Assembly: GCA_017521465.1 (NCBI GenBank)
Contig: JAFXCN010000003.1
Span: 1-19,705, forward strand
Direction: 5' to 3'
DNA: 19,705 nucleotides
From: Clostridia bacterium
Lineage (GTDB): Bacteria > Bacillota > Clostridia > TANB77 > UBA1234
The translations under genes were made by a program, and so were the position numbers. The first letter of the stretch is position 1. Each line of letters begins with the position of its first letter. Shown one piece after another: positions 12,977 through 19,705 of this stretch. The notes under the pieces were generated by a model. That model did no database searches and was not told the origin of the DNA. It saw nothing but the letters and a program-made list of their open reading frames with translations.

Positions 12977-14575
12977 ATGGAACCAATAGGTATAATTGTC
13001 GCAGTGGTTGCCTTTATCATTTTCTTATGCTCGATTTATCGTGTAGCAGATATTGATAAAGCTCTTATCATCACTGGTGGTAAGAAACCAAAGATAGTAG
13101 TATCTGGTGGTAGCTTTGTAATTCCTATATTTAGAAAAGCTACATATTTTGATTTGTGTATGTTAACAGTTCGAGCTGACAAAGACGAAATTCGTACTGT
13201 AACATCTGTTCCAATTATTACAGACTGGACAGCACAAATCAGACCTGACACATCAAATATTGATAATTTGAAAAAAGCAATTGTGTCATTTAAAGAAAGA
13301 GGACAAGATGGTATCATTCAAGACGTTAAATTAACACTAACTGGTGCAGTTCGTGATATCGTTGCATCAATGACACCAGAAGCAGTATTAAGAGACAAAG
13401 TAGAATTTGCTCAAAAAGTTAGAAACACAGTTAATGATGAAATGATTAACATGGGAATGGAACTTGTATCATTAAATATCCAAGATATCTCAGATAGAAA
13501 TGGATACTACGATAACATTGCTGCCATCGACATGGAAGATAAACGTCGTGAAGCTGAAAACAAGAGAGCAATGGTAGGACAAGCAGTTCGTAAACAAAGA
13601 GCTGAATCTGAAAAAGAAGCATCTCACGCTGAATTAGATTCAGAACTTGCTATTGCTGAAAAACAAAGAGATAATAACTTGAAAAAAGCTGGATATAAAG
13701 CTGAAACTGATAAGGCACTTGCCGATGCAGAAATCGCTGGACAACTTCAAACAACAATTCGTATGAGAGATATTGCTGAAGAAGAAGGTCAAGTAGAAGT
13801 TGTTAGACAAGAGCAAGCAAATAGAGCTGCTCAAAAACGTAAAGAAGTATTGCTTACAGAAGCAAATGCTCAAATGGAAAAAGCAAAAATTGATGCTGAA
13901 GCTGATGCTCACGTTAACAAGATTAATGCTGATAACCTTGTTGAAGTAGCAGAAAGAGAAGCATCTGCAATTAAAATTAAAGCGGACGCAGAAGCTGCAA
14001 AAGTAAAAAAAGAAGGTGAAGCAGTAGCCGAAGTCCAAAAAATTGAAGGTTTTGCCGAAGCTGAAGTTGTTAAACAAAAAGGTTTAGCAGAAGCTGAAGT
14101 TGTTAAAGAAAAAGGTATTGCCGAAGCTGAAGCAGAACGTGTTAAATTACTTGCTATGGCTGAAGGTGAAAAAGCACTTGCTGATGCCCGTGCATCAAAT
14201 GAAAAAGTTAACTTCGAAATCGAACGTTTAAAAATTGAAACAAGTGCTCGTATCGAAATCGCAACAAAGACAGCCCAAATTATGGCTGATATTGGTAGAA
14301 ACGCTGAGTTCGTTAATATTAACGGTGGTTCACCAGTAGGTGGAACAGGTAATGTATTATTAGATACATTAGCAGGAGTTCCAGAATTAATGAAAAAATT
14401 AGATGTTGAAAACAAAGCTTTAAACGGAAGAACATTTAATGAAGAATTAAGTGGTATCGTAGGAAGTGTTGCAGGACCTGCTAAAGGATTATTAGTAAAT
14501 AATCAAGTAGCACCAGAAGCTCCAGCAGCACCAGCTCCAGAACTTCCAAAAGAATCACCAAAGAAAAAAGTATAA
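12977..14575 (+). CDS. floT: Flotillin-like SPFH/band-7 protein (FloT/YuaG type) with long EA-rich coiled-coil and Pro/Ala-rich tail
   Basis: N-terminal TM, SPFH core and extended AEAE/KEKG repeats, 532 aa. No adjacent NfeD-like partner gene. Confidence 0.85.
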   Translation: MEPIGIIVAVVAFIIFLCSIYRVADIDKALIITGGKKPKIVVSGGSFVIPIFRKATYFDLCMLTVRADKDEIRTVTSVPIITDWTAQIRPDTSNIDNLKKAIVSFKERGQDGIIQDVKLTLTGAVRDIVASMTPEAVLRDKVEFAQKVRNTVNDEMINMGMELVSLNIQDISDRNGYYDNIAAIDMEDKRREAENKRAMVGQAVRKQRAESEKEASHAELDSELAIAEKQRDNNLKKAGYKAETDKALADAEIAGQLQTTIRMRDIAEEEGQVEVVRQEQANRAAQKRKEVLLTEANAQMEKAKIDAEADAHVNKINADNLVEVAEREASAIKIKADAEAAKVKKEGEAVAEVQKIEGFAEAEVVKQKGLAEAEVVKEKGIAEAEAERVKLLAMAEGEKALADARASNEKVNFEIERLKIETSARIEIATKTAQIMADIGRNAEFVNINGGSPVGGTGNVLLDTLAGVPELMKKLDVENKALNGRTFNEELSGIVGSVAGPAKGLLVNNQVAPEAPAAPAPELPKESPKKKV

Positions 14576-14633
14576 AGATAATTCTTTAAATTTTTAATAT
14601 AATAGAAAAAAATAAACTAAAGTAAATAAGGTA

Positions 14634-14666
14634 GGCCTCCCATGTGAATACGTGGGAGGATTTTTC
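14634..14666 (+). terminator. Intrinsic terminator
   Basis: Stem cctcccatg/cgtgggagg with loop tgaata and a TTTTT run. Confidence 0.8.
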
Positions 14667-14744
14667 ATGTGTAAAATTGACAGCCGTTATTAAATTTGTT
14701 AGCATTAAATGGTAAGCAAATTAGAAAAAGAAAGGAAGAAAAAT

Positions 14745-15704
14745 ATGAAAAAAACAAAGATAGTTGTTGGAGTGTTATCATTAATTATGGCTTTTACTTT
14801 GATTGGTTGTGGAAATAATGATAAAAATCAAACAGATGTGGAAAATAATAACGAAATAATTATATCTGGTGAAAATAATGATGAAAATTTAGAGCAAAGT
14901 GAAACGGGTGTAAAAATAGCAGAAGAATTAAAAATTCCTTTTGAATTAAAAGAGGAAAATATAGTTGAAGAAAATTTTGAATATGAGTATCATTATTTTA
15001 ATAAATCAAAAAAAATTATTGAATATTCATTGGAACATGAAATGCTAAATGGACCAATATATTTTGGACGTTCAGAAGGAATTTATGAAGAACGTGGAGA
15101 TAAACATACAGTGTATTTTATAGAATACAATAATGAAATAGTAGCAACGTATGAGGATGAAGATAAAGAGCCTAATGCATTTAATTGGAAAGAAGCTATA
15201 TTACTAATGGACTTAAATGAAAATGACGATTATATAGAAATGAATGTATATTCAGCATGCTATAGAATTGGAAAAAATGAGTTTATACATATGGGATATA
15301 TTAGTGGTGAATTAATAAATTTTGATAAAGAAAAGAATAGAATATGTTCTACTGACTCATATATAGGTTTCATAGAAGAAAAAGTTTTGACTAATTATTA
15401 TGAAATAGTGGATAATAAATTAGTTCATGTGTGTAAATTTGAAGATGGTAGAGTATCAGTAACGGATTGGGAGCATGAGGGTGATTTTTCTGAATTAAGC
15501 AAAAATGAATATACTGTGGCAGTTCCGGTATACATTTGGGATTTAGAAGAAGACGCAACCAGTTCGACAGGTTATAAAATGTTAGAGGTTGGAGAGAAGA
15601 TAAAAATACTTGAAATTAAAGATCTTTTCTGGGGAGATGCGAAAGTACAAAGAGCAAATGGAGAAATTGTAGATGTAACAATGGTGATCGGAAATAGAAC
15701 ATAG
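14745..15704 (+). CDS. Lipoprotein, hypothetical (lipobox LIGC), 319 aa
   Basis: Start ATG 14745 with RBS AAAGGAAG at 14731-14738. The track start at 14709 lacks an RBS. Signal peptide MKKTKIVVGVLSLIMAFTLIGC. Confidence 0.75.
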   Translation: MKKTKIVVGVLSLIMAFTLIGCGNNDKNQTDVENNNEIIISGENNDENLEQSETGVKIAEELKIPFELKEENIVEENFEYEYHYFNKSKKIIEYSLEHEMLNGPIYFGRSEGIYEERGDKHTVYFIEYNNEIVATYEDEDKEPNAFNWKEAILLMDLNENDDYIEMNVYSACYRIGKNEFIHMGYISGELINFDKEKNRICSTDSYIGFIEEKVLTNYYEIVDNKLVHVCKFEDGRVSVTDWEHEGDFSELSKNEYTVAVPVYIWDLEEDATSSTGYKMLEVGEKIKILEIKDLFWGDAKVQRANGEIVDVTMVIGNRT

Positions 15705-15715
15705 AATTATTATAA

Positions 15716-15748
15716 AGAGGAAGCTGAGAGAATTAGCTTCCTTTCTGT
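15716..15748 (+). terminator. Intrinsic terminator (weaker U-run)
   Basis: Stem aagaggaagct/agcttcctttt with loop gagagaatt, followed by tttctgtt. Confidence 0.55.
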
Positions 15749-15773
15749 TATTCATTAATTGAAAGACAATGTG

Positions 15774-15802
15774 TTGACATAATTTTAAAAACGTGATAGA
15801 AT
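15774..15802 (+). promoter_or_regulatory. Strong promoter (TGTGTTGACATAAT ... GTGATAGAAT), near-twin of the 4990-5018 promoter
   Basis: TTGACA at 15774-15779, a 17-nt spacer, then TAGAAT at 15797-15802 with TG at -15/-14. Confidence 0.65.
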
Positions 15803-15865
15803 GCACATGAATAATAAAGGTTTTCGAATATCTCAAGCTATATAAAGAGAAATGGAGGACAAAAT

Positions 15866-16219
15866 GTGGGTAACAAAACTGTAGTACAGTTTGTCGAATT
15901 GTTTGTAAAACTTGCAGATGAACACAATGCGTGTTTGGCTACTAAGAATTATAATAAGCGGAGTAGAATTGCTAAAAAGCTTATGGGAATGTTAGCATAT
16001 ATTGATACAGCAACGAATGTGAAAGAAATTGTATCTGGAATTTTAAATTCTGGTAGTAAGTATGCAGTCATGTGGATTTCTAATTATGCTTTTAAAAATG
16101 AAATTTGTGTTGAAGAAGTAAAAGCTGGACTTCGAAAAATTCAGAATGAAAAACATAGTGTTGATTCAATAACTGCCTGGGCACTTATGATTGGCAAGAA
16201 AGATGAGAAAAAGAGCTGA
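15866..16219 (+). CDS. Hypothetical alpha-helical protein, 117 aa (GTG start)
   Basis: RBS GGAGG at 15854-15858, 7 nt before the GTG at 15866. An in-frame stop shortly after the nearby ATG at 15864 rules out that frame. A terminator overlaps the stop. Confidence 0.65.
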   Translation: MGNKTVVQFVELFVKLADEHNACLATKNYNKRSRIAKKLMGMLAYIDTATNVKEIVSGILNSGSKYAVMWISNYAFKNEICVEEVKAGLRKIQNEKHSVDSITAWALMIGKKDEKKS

Positions 16220-16238
16220 ATAAGCTCTTTTTTTTATG
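16208..16238 (+). terminator. Intrinsic terminator overlapping the stop codon
   Basis: Stem agagct/agctct with loop gaata, then TTTTTTTT. Confidence 0.75.
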
Positions 16239-16305
16239 TATAAATTTATTTTGTTTTTTGATTAGATTATGATAAAATTTATCTTGAAGAATGGAGGTAA
16301 GAAAA

Positions 16306-17358
16306 ATGGAAATTTCGTTCTTAGCATTTTTAAGTCAGCTTATTAGTAATCCAGCATTGTTAGTAATAACACTTTTAACATTAGGTGTTATTCTGGTAAA
16401 TGGCTGGACAGATGCTCCAAATGCAATTGCAACATGTGTTGCGACAAGATCTTTATCACCAAAAAAATCAATAATTATGGCAGCAATATTTAATTTCTTA
16501 GGAGTATTTGTAATGACAATGCTTAATGCAACAGTCGTGCAAACAATATACAACATGGTTGATTTTGGGGATAATTCAGAGCAGGCTTTAATTGCACTTG
16601 CAGCTGCAATGTGTTCAATTGTAATTTGGGCAGTTGCGGCATGGTGGTTTGGAATACCAACTAGTGAAAGTCATGCGTTGATTGCAGGAATATCTGGCGC
16701 AGCAATTGCAATCCAAAAAGGATTTGCAGGAATTAATGGAGCTGAATGGATTAAAGTAATTTATGGATTAGTAATATCAACAGTTTTAGGTTTTACATTT
16801 GGATTTGTTATTACAAAATTAATAAGAAAAATTTGCAAGAATATTCAAAGACAAAAAGCAACTAAATTTTTTAAGGGAGCACAAATATTTGGTGGAGCAT
16901 CAATGGCGTTTATGCATGGCGCTCAAGATGGTCAAAAATTCATGGGAATATTTTTGCTTGGAATTTGCTTGGCAAATGGTGCTGCGGGAATAACAACATT
17001 TACAATTCCGCTATGGCTTATAATTCTTTGTTCTGCTGTAATGACACTTGGAACTTCAATAGGAGGATATAGAATAATAAAAACAGTAGGTACAGGAATG
17101 GTAAAAATGGAAGCATACGAAGGAACTGCTGCTGATTTAGCAGGTGCATGTTGTTTATTCTTATCAACAACATTTGGTATACCGGTTAGTACAACACATA
17201 CAAAAACAACAGCAATAATGGGAGTAGGAAGCGCAAAAAGATTATCAAATGTAAATTGGAAAGTGGTAAAAGATATGGTGCTTGCATGGGTATTAACATT
17301 CCCAGGTTGTGGACTTTTAGGAATGTTATCAACTTTTGTTTTTATGAAAATATTTTAG
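16306..17358 (+). CDS. pit: Inorganic phosphate transporter, PiT family
   Basis: GWTDAPNAIAT motif (cf. GANDVAN) and multiple TM segments. True start is ATG 16306, 7 nt after GGAGGT at 16293-16298. The track start at 16291 overlaps the RBS. Confidence 0.85.
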   Translation: MEISFLAFLSQLISNPALLVITLLTLGVILVNGWTDAPNAIATCVATRSLSPKKSIIMAAIFNFLGVFVMTMLNATVVQTIYNMVDFGDNSEQALIALAAAMCSIVIWAVAAWWFGIPTSESHALIAGISGAAIAIQKGFAGINGAEWIKVIYGLVISTVLGFTFGFVITKLIRKICKNIQRQKATKFFKGAQIFGGASMAFMHGAQDGQKFMGIFLLGICLANGAAGITTFTIPLWLIILCSAVMTLGTSIGGYRIIKTVGTGMVKMEAYEGTAADLAGACCLFLSTTFGIPVSTTHTKTTAIMGVGSAKRLSNVNWKVVKDMVLAWVLTFPGCGLLGMLSTFVFMKIF

Positions 17359-17376
17359 TGTAAAGGATGGTTTGTT

Positions 17377-18000
17377 ATGAAGAAGAAAAATGAATTTAAT
17401 TATTTTGATGAATTTGCAAAATCAGCAAGTTTAGCGAAAGACGCTATAAAAGAACTAAAAAGATTTGTATACAATTTCAAAAGTAATGTGACAGAAGTAG
17501 AGATGAAAAAAATACACGAAATAGAAAATGCAGCAGATAAAAAGTTACATGATATAAAAGCTTTCTTATTAAGAGATTTTTTGCCTCCAATCGATAGAGA
17601 AGATATAGTTGCAATAGCGCATAAAATTGATGACTTGGTTGATGATATAGATGAATTAGCTATAAATATATGTATTTTTTCAATTGACGATATAAGAAAA
17701 GATATGGAATATTCAATTGATTTGCTGATGTTGACTGTTGAAAAAACATATGATTTAGTTGTCTCAATGAAAGATTTGAAAAATATCAAAATGATAAGTC
17801 AAAAAGTTATGGAAGTAAACAGATTAGAAGAAAGCGCGGATAGACTATATGAAGCTTCAATAAGAAATTTATATAAAGACGAACAAGATCCGATTAAAGT
17901 TATAAAGTGGACTAGTGTGTACAGTGTTGTAGAAGATTGTTTTGATGCGTGCGAAAATATAGCAGATCGCATTGAAGAAGTTTTATTGAAGAATGGATAA
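17377..18000 (+). CDS. DUF47/PhoU-like Pit accessory protein (YkaA-like)
   Basis: 207 aa helical protein directly downstream of pit, the canonical pairing in Firmicutes. RBS AAAGGATGG at 17363-17371. Confidence 0.8.
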   Translation: MKKKNEFNYFDEFAKSASLAKDAIKELKRFVYNFKSNVTEVEMKKIHEIENAADKKLHDIKAFLLRDFLPPIDREDIVAIAHKIDDLVDDIDELAINICIFSIDDIRKDMEYSIDLLMLTVEKTYDLVVSMKDLKNIKMISQKVMEVNRLEESADRLYEASIRNLYKDEQDPIKVIKWTSVYSVVEDCFDACENIADRIEEVLLKNG

Positions 18001-18019
18001 TAGATAGGAGTAATATTTT

Positions 18020-18514
18020 ATGAAAAAAGTTTTAAGTTTATTAGCGATTTTTGCAGTGATGTTTTTATTAGTTGCATGTGATAATAATAAAAATGATATA
18101 GAGAATAATGAGTTGCCTAACAATCAAGATATAGTAGAAAACGGAGAAAATTTTGTTGAAAATGGTGAAGAAGAAAAATTTTATTCAGTTGATGAAGTTA
18201 ATAATTATGCTATATTCCAATTTATCAGATTAGAAGAAAATCCAACAACAGGATATGGTTGGCAATATACAGTTGCAGATGAAAACATTGCGGTGGTAGA
18301 AGATGATGAATATGTTCAAAATCAAGCACCTGAAGGTTGGACAGGAGTTGGTGGAGAACACACATATAGACTTTCTGGAATTTCGAAAGGAGAAACAACA
18401 ATAACCTTTAAATATGTTCGTCCTTGGGAAACAGACAAAGAACCAGCAAAAGAAATCACATTCAATTTAAAAGTTAATGAGAATAATGAAGTATTAGTAG
18501 TTGGGGAAGAGTAA
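18020..18514 (+). CDS. Lipoprotein with chagasin-like (I42 family) cysteine-protease-inhibitor domain
   Basis: Lipobox LVAC. Hallmark NPTTGYGW motif plus the downstream RPWE motif typical of chagasin/ICP fold. RBS TAGGAG at 18005-18010. Confidence 0.8.
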   Translation: MKKVLSLLAIFAVMFLLVACDNNKNDIENNELPNNQDIVENGENFVENGEEEKFYSVDEVNNYAIFQFIRLEENPTTGYGWQYTVADENIAVVEDDEYVQNQAPEGWTGVGGEHTYRLSGISKGETTITFKYVRPWETDKEPAKEITFNLKVNENNEVLVVGEE

Positions 18515-18540
18515 AATTAATATGTACAAAACTGGAAATA

Positions 18541-18569
18541 TTGACAATTAGCAGTAATTATGCTATTAT
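18541..18569 (+). promoter_or_regulatory. Promoter (TTGACA, 17-nt spacer, TATTAT) for the GNAT leader
   Basis: TTGACA at 18541-18546 and TATTAT at 18564-18569. Confidence 0.55.
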
Positions 18570-18575
18570 ATTTGC

Positions 18576-18690
18576 ATGATAGGAGTGTATCTAATGTGTT
18601 AAACAGAGCGATACAGAGCACGGAAGTGCTTACACAGAAGCGATTTACTCGTGGAGGAGTCTTATAAAAAGATTCTTTCACGAGTTTTTT
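18576..18690 (+). promoter_or_regulatory. Structured leader ending in an intrinsic terminator; candidate riboswitch/attenuator controlling the GNAT gene
   Basis: GNRA-capped hairpin agcac-GGAA-gtgct (18617-18630). Terminator stem ctcgtgga.../...ttcacgag (18648-18684) plus TTTTTT (18685-18690). No promoter lies between the terminator and the RBS at 18714-18719. Confidence 0.45.
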
Positions 18691-18726
18691 GTTATCTATC
18701 AAAATAAAAATTAGGGAGGTGTTACC

Positions 18727-19293
18727 ATGAGTAACTACAAAAAGTTAATAGGAGAAAATGTATATTTGGCACCGTTGTCAAGAGATCATCTAGCACAATT
18801 TACAGTCTGGATGAATGATTTTAGTGTAACGGACTATGTTGGAAGGAGCCAAGCGATTGTTACTGATGATGCGGAATTAGTATGGTATGAAGGGACACAA
18901 AAGAATAACGAATGTATCTTGTCAATTATTAAAAAAGAAAATGATGAATTGATTGGTAACATTGGTTTTCACAAGATTGATCATCTAAATCGTTATGCTG
19001 AACTTGGAATAATGATAGGTGAAAACAAAAATAGAAGTAAAGGATATGGAACAGAAGCTATAAAACTTTTGCTAGATTTTGGTTTCAATTATTTAAATCT
19101 GCATAATATTACACTAACATTATTATCTGCTAATGACAGGGCAAAAAGATGCTATGAAAAGGCAGGCTTTAAAGAAGCTGGCAGAATTAAAGAATGTAGA
19201 TTTTTGAATGGAAAATACTATGACAGAATTTATATGCAAATTTTATCTGATGAATTTAATGGAGATTATATAAAAAATAAAGAAGTGAAGTAA
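18727..19293 (+). CDS. GNAT family N-acetyltransferase (RimJ/RimL-like)
   Basis: 188 aa with an acetyl-CoA-binding-like segment and the conserved GNAT architecture. RBS AGGGAGG at 18713-18719. Confidence 0.8.
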   Translation: MSNYKKLIGENVYLAPLSRDHLAQFTVWMNDFSVTDYVGRSQAIVTDDAELVWYEGTQKNNECILSIIKKENDELIGNIGFHKIDHLNRYAELGIMIGENKNRSKGYGTEAIKLLLDFGFNYLNLHNITLTLLSANDRAKRCYEKAGFKEAGRIKECRFLNGKYYDRIYMQILSDEFNGDYIKNKEVK

Positions 19294-19301
19294 AAAACGG
19301 G

Positions 19302-19331
19302 TTGACATAACCGGAAATGCTGTGCTATAAT
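19302..19331 (+). promoter_or_regulatory. Promoter with extended -10 (TTGACA, 18-nt spacer, TGcTATAAT)
   Basis: TTGACA at 19302-19307 and TATAAT at 19326-19331 with TG at 19323-19324. Confidence 0.65.
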
Positions 19332-19389
19332 GAAAATCCTAGAAAAATATATACGAAGACAACCTGTGATACAGAGAGGAGAGACCGTT

Positions 19390-19494
19390 ATGCAAGAAGA
19401 GCGCAAAAAGATGGAACCTGAGACGATTTTTAACATTGTAAGAGTATCTTTGATTGTTGTGGTAATCATCGCGTGCGTAATCTTTATAAAGTAA
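19390..19494 (+). CDS. Unannotated small membrane peptide, 34 aa (MQEERKKMEPETIFNIVRVSLIVVVIIACVIFIK)
   Basis: RBS GAGGAGAG at 19376-19383, 6 nt before the ATG. Charged N-terminus followed by one hydrophobic helix. A dedicated promoter and terminator bracket it. Confidence 0.6.
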   Translation: MQEERKKMEPETIFNIVRVSLIVVVIIACVIFIK

Positions 19495-19504
19495 AATATC
19501 AAAT

Positions 19505-19536
19505 AAAAGAGCAAGACATTTTGTCTTGCTCTTTTG
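19505..19536 (+). terminator. Intrinsic terminator
   Basis: 11-bp stem agagcaagaca/tgtcttgctct with a ttt loop and a TTTT run. Confidence 0.8.
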
Positions 19537-19558
19537 CGTTAATTAAATCAGATAATTT

Positions 19559-19583
19559 TGCTAATGAGGACGGACTCATTGGC
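19559..19583. repeat. Short interspersed hairpin repeat (tgctaatgaGGACGGACTCATTGGC), copy 2
   Basis: Core is identical to 143-158. Stem ctaatgag/ctcattgg. Confidence 0.6.
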
Positions 19584-19611
19584 AGGATTTAAAAGTTTAG
19601 CGAATAACTAA

Positions 19612-19637
19612 TAGTGAATAGTGAAAAGTGAATAGTA
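19612..19637. repeat. TAGTGAA heptamer tandem array (about 3.7 units)
   Basis: tagtgaa tagtgaa aagtgaa tagta. One mismatch relative to 12618-12650, which has one more unit. Confidence 0.7.
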
Positions 19638-19640
19638 CAA

Positions 19641-19678
19641 AAAAAGAATCTAATGCTTTGCATTAGATTCTTTTTTTG
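19641..19678. terminator. Bidirectional intrinsic terminator (A-run, 12-bp stem, T-run)
   Basis: agaatctaatgc/gcattagattct with a ttt loop. It is flanked by aaaaaaa and ttttttt and serves both the + genes and the minus-strand tRNA. Confidence 0.8.
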
Positions 19679-19680
19679 TT

Positions 19681-19705
19681 TGGAGCGGGTAGCGGGAATC
19701 GAACC
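19681..19705 (-). tRNA. Partial tRNA 3' end (T-loop, acceptor stem, encoded CCA); possibly tRNA-Gly (U73 discriminator, GCGGG 5' end)
   Basis: rc = GGTTCGATTCCCGCTACCCGCTCCA. T-loop TTCGATT, T-stem CCCGC, acceptor TACCCGC, discriminator T, then CCA. Truncated by the window edge. Confidence 0.7.

Noticed and set aside
12829-13020. 63-aa minus-strand ORF overlapping the floT start
   Set aside because: It overlaps the floT RBS and start antisense. It is hydrophobic low-complexity, with no signals.
13640-14415. Two minus-strand ORFs (145 and 168 aa) inside floT
   Set aside because: They are antisense to the EA-rich coiled-coil repeats (GCT/GAA-rich). Their translations are low-complexity F/S/C-rich, and they lack signals.
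17400-17789. 129-aa minus-strand ORF inside the DUF47 gene
   Set aside because: Antisense artefact in AT-rich coding DNA.
19266-19514. 82-aa minus-strand ORF
   Set aside because: Antisense to the well-signalled 34-aa peptide gene and the GNAT 3' end. No RBS or promoter found on the minus strand.
121-19583. Whole 19.4-kb segment as an integrated island bounded by direct repeats next to a tRNA
   Set aside because: There is no integrase, recombinase or other mobility gene. The content is largely housekeeping (pit, floT, peptidase). The repeat is not derived from the tRNA 3' end. More likely these are dispersed REP-like elements. Kept only as a low-priority check under the repeat finding.

Overview
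AT-rich (roughly 27-30% GC) Firmicutes/Clostridia-like chromosomal window. Supporting traits are strong GGAGG ribosome-binding sites, extended -10 promoters, many lipoproteins (one with SLH domains), and a partial tRNA at the 3' edge.

Most genes are ordinary and on the + strand:
- M20 peptidase (ArgE/DapE-like).
- Two-CxxC zinc-ribbon protein cotranscribed with a lipoprotein.
- YfcE-like phosphoesterase followed by a Nudix hydrolase fused to an inorganic-pyrophosphatase-like domain.
- FloT-like SPFH/flotillin.
- PiT phosphate transporter, its DUF47/PhoU-like partner and a chagasin (I42)-like lipoprotein.
- A GNAT acetyltransferase behind a leader/terminator.

The stand-out locus is a 3.57 kb gene (5992..9564) with elevated GC. 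It encodes a Sec-signal-peptide protein with about 14 tandem 66-aa Cys/His-rich repeats arranged in a 2-unit (396 bp) higher-order periodicity. The repeats are followed by a PT-TG-like pre-toxin segment and a C-terminal HNH/EndoVII (WHH-type, motif EWHHIVEQ) nuclease-like domain, which is a polymorphic-toxin architecture. No cognate immunity gene lies downstream.

Other notable items:
- A roughly 770 bp island of about 50% GC carrying one unknown gene, with a leader mini-ORF overlapping its start.
- A well-formed unannotated 34-aa membrane-peptide gene.
- Two interspersed repeat families: GGACGGACTCATTGGC hairpin elements near both window ends, and TAGTGAA heptamer arrays.
- Several leader/terminator arrangements suggestive of attenuation.
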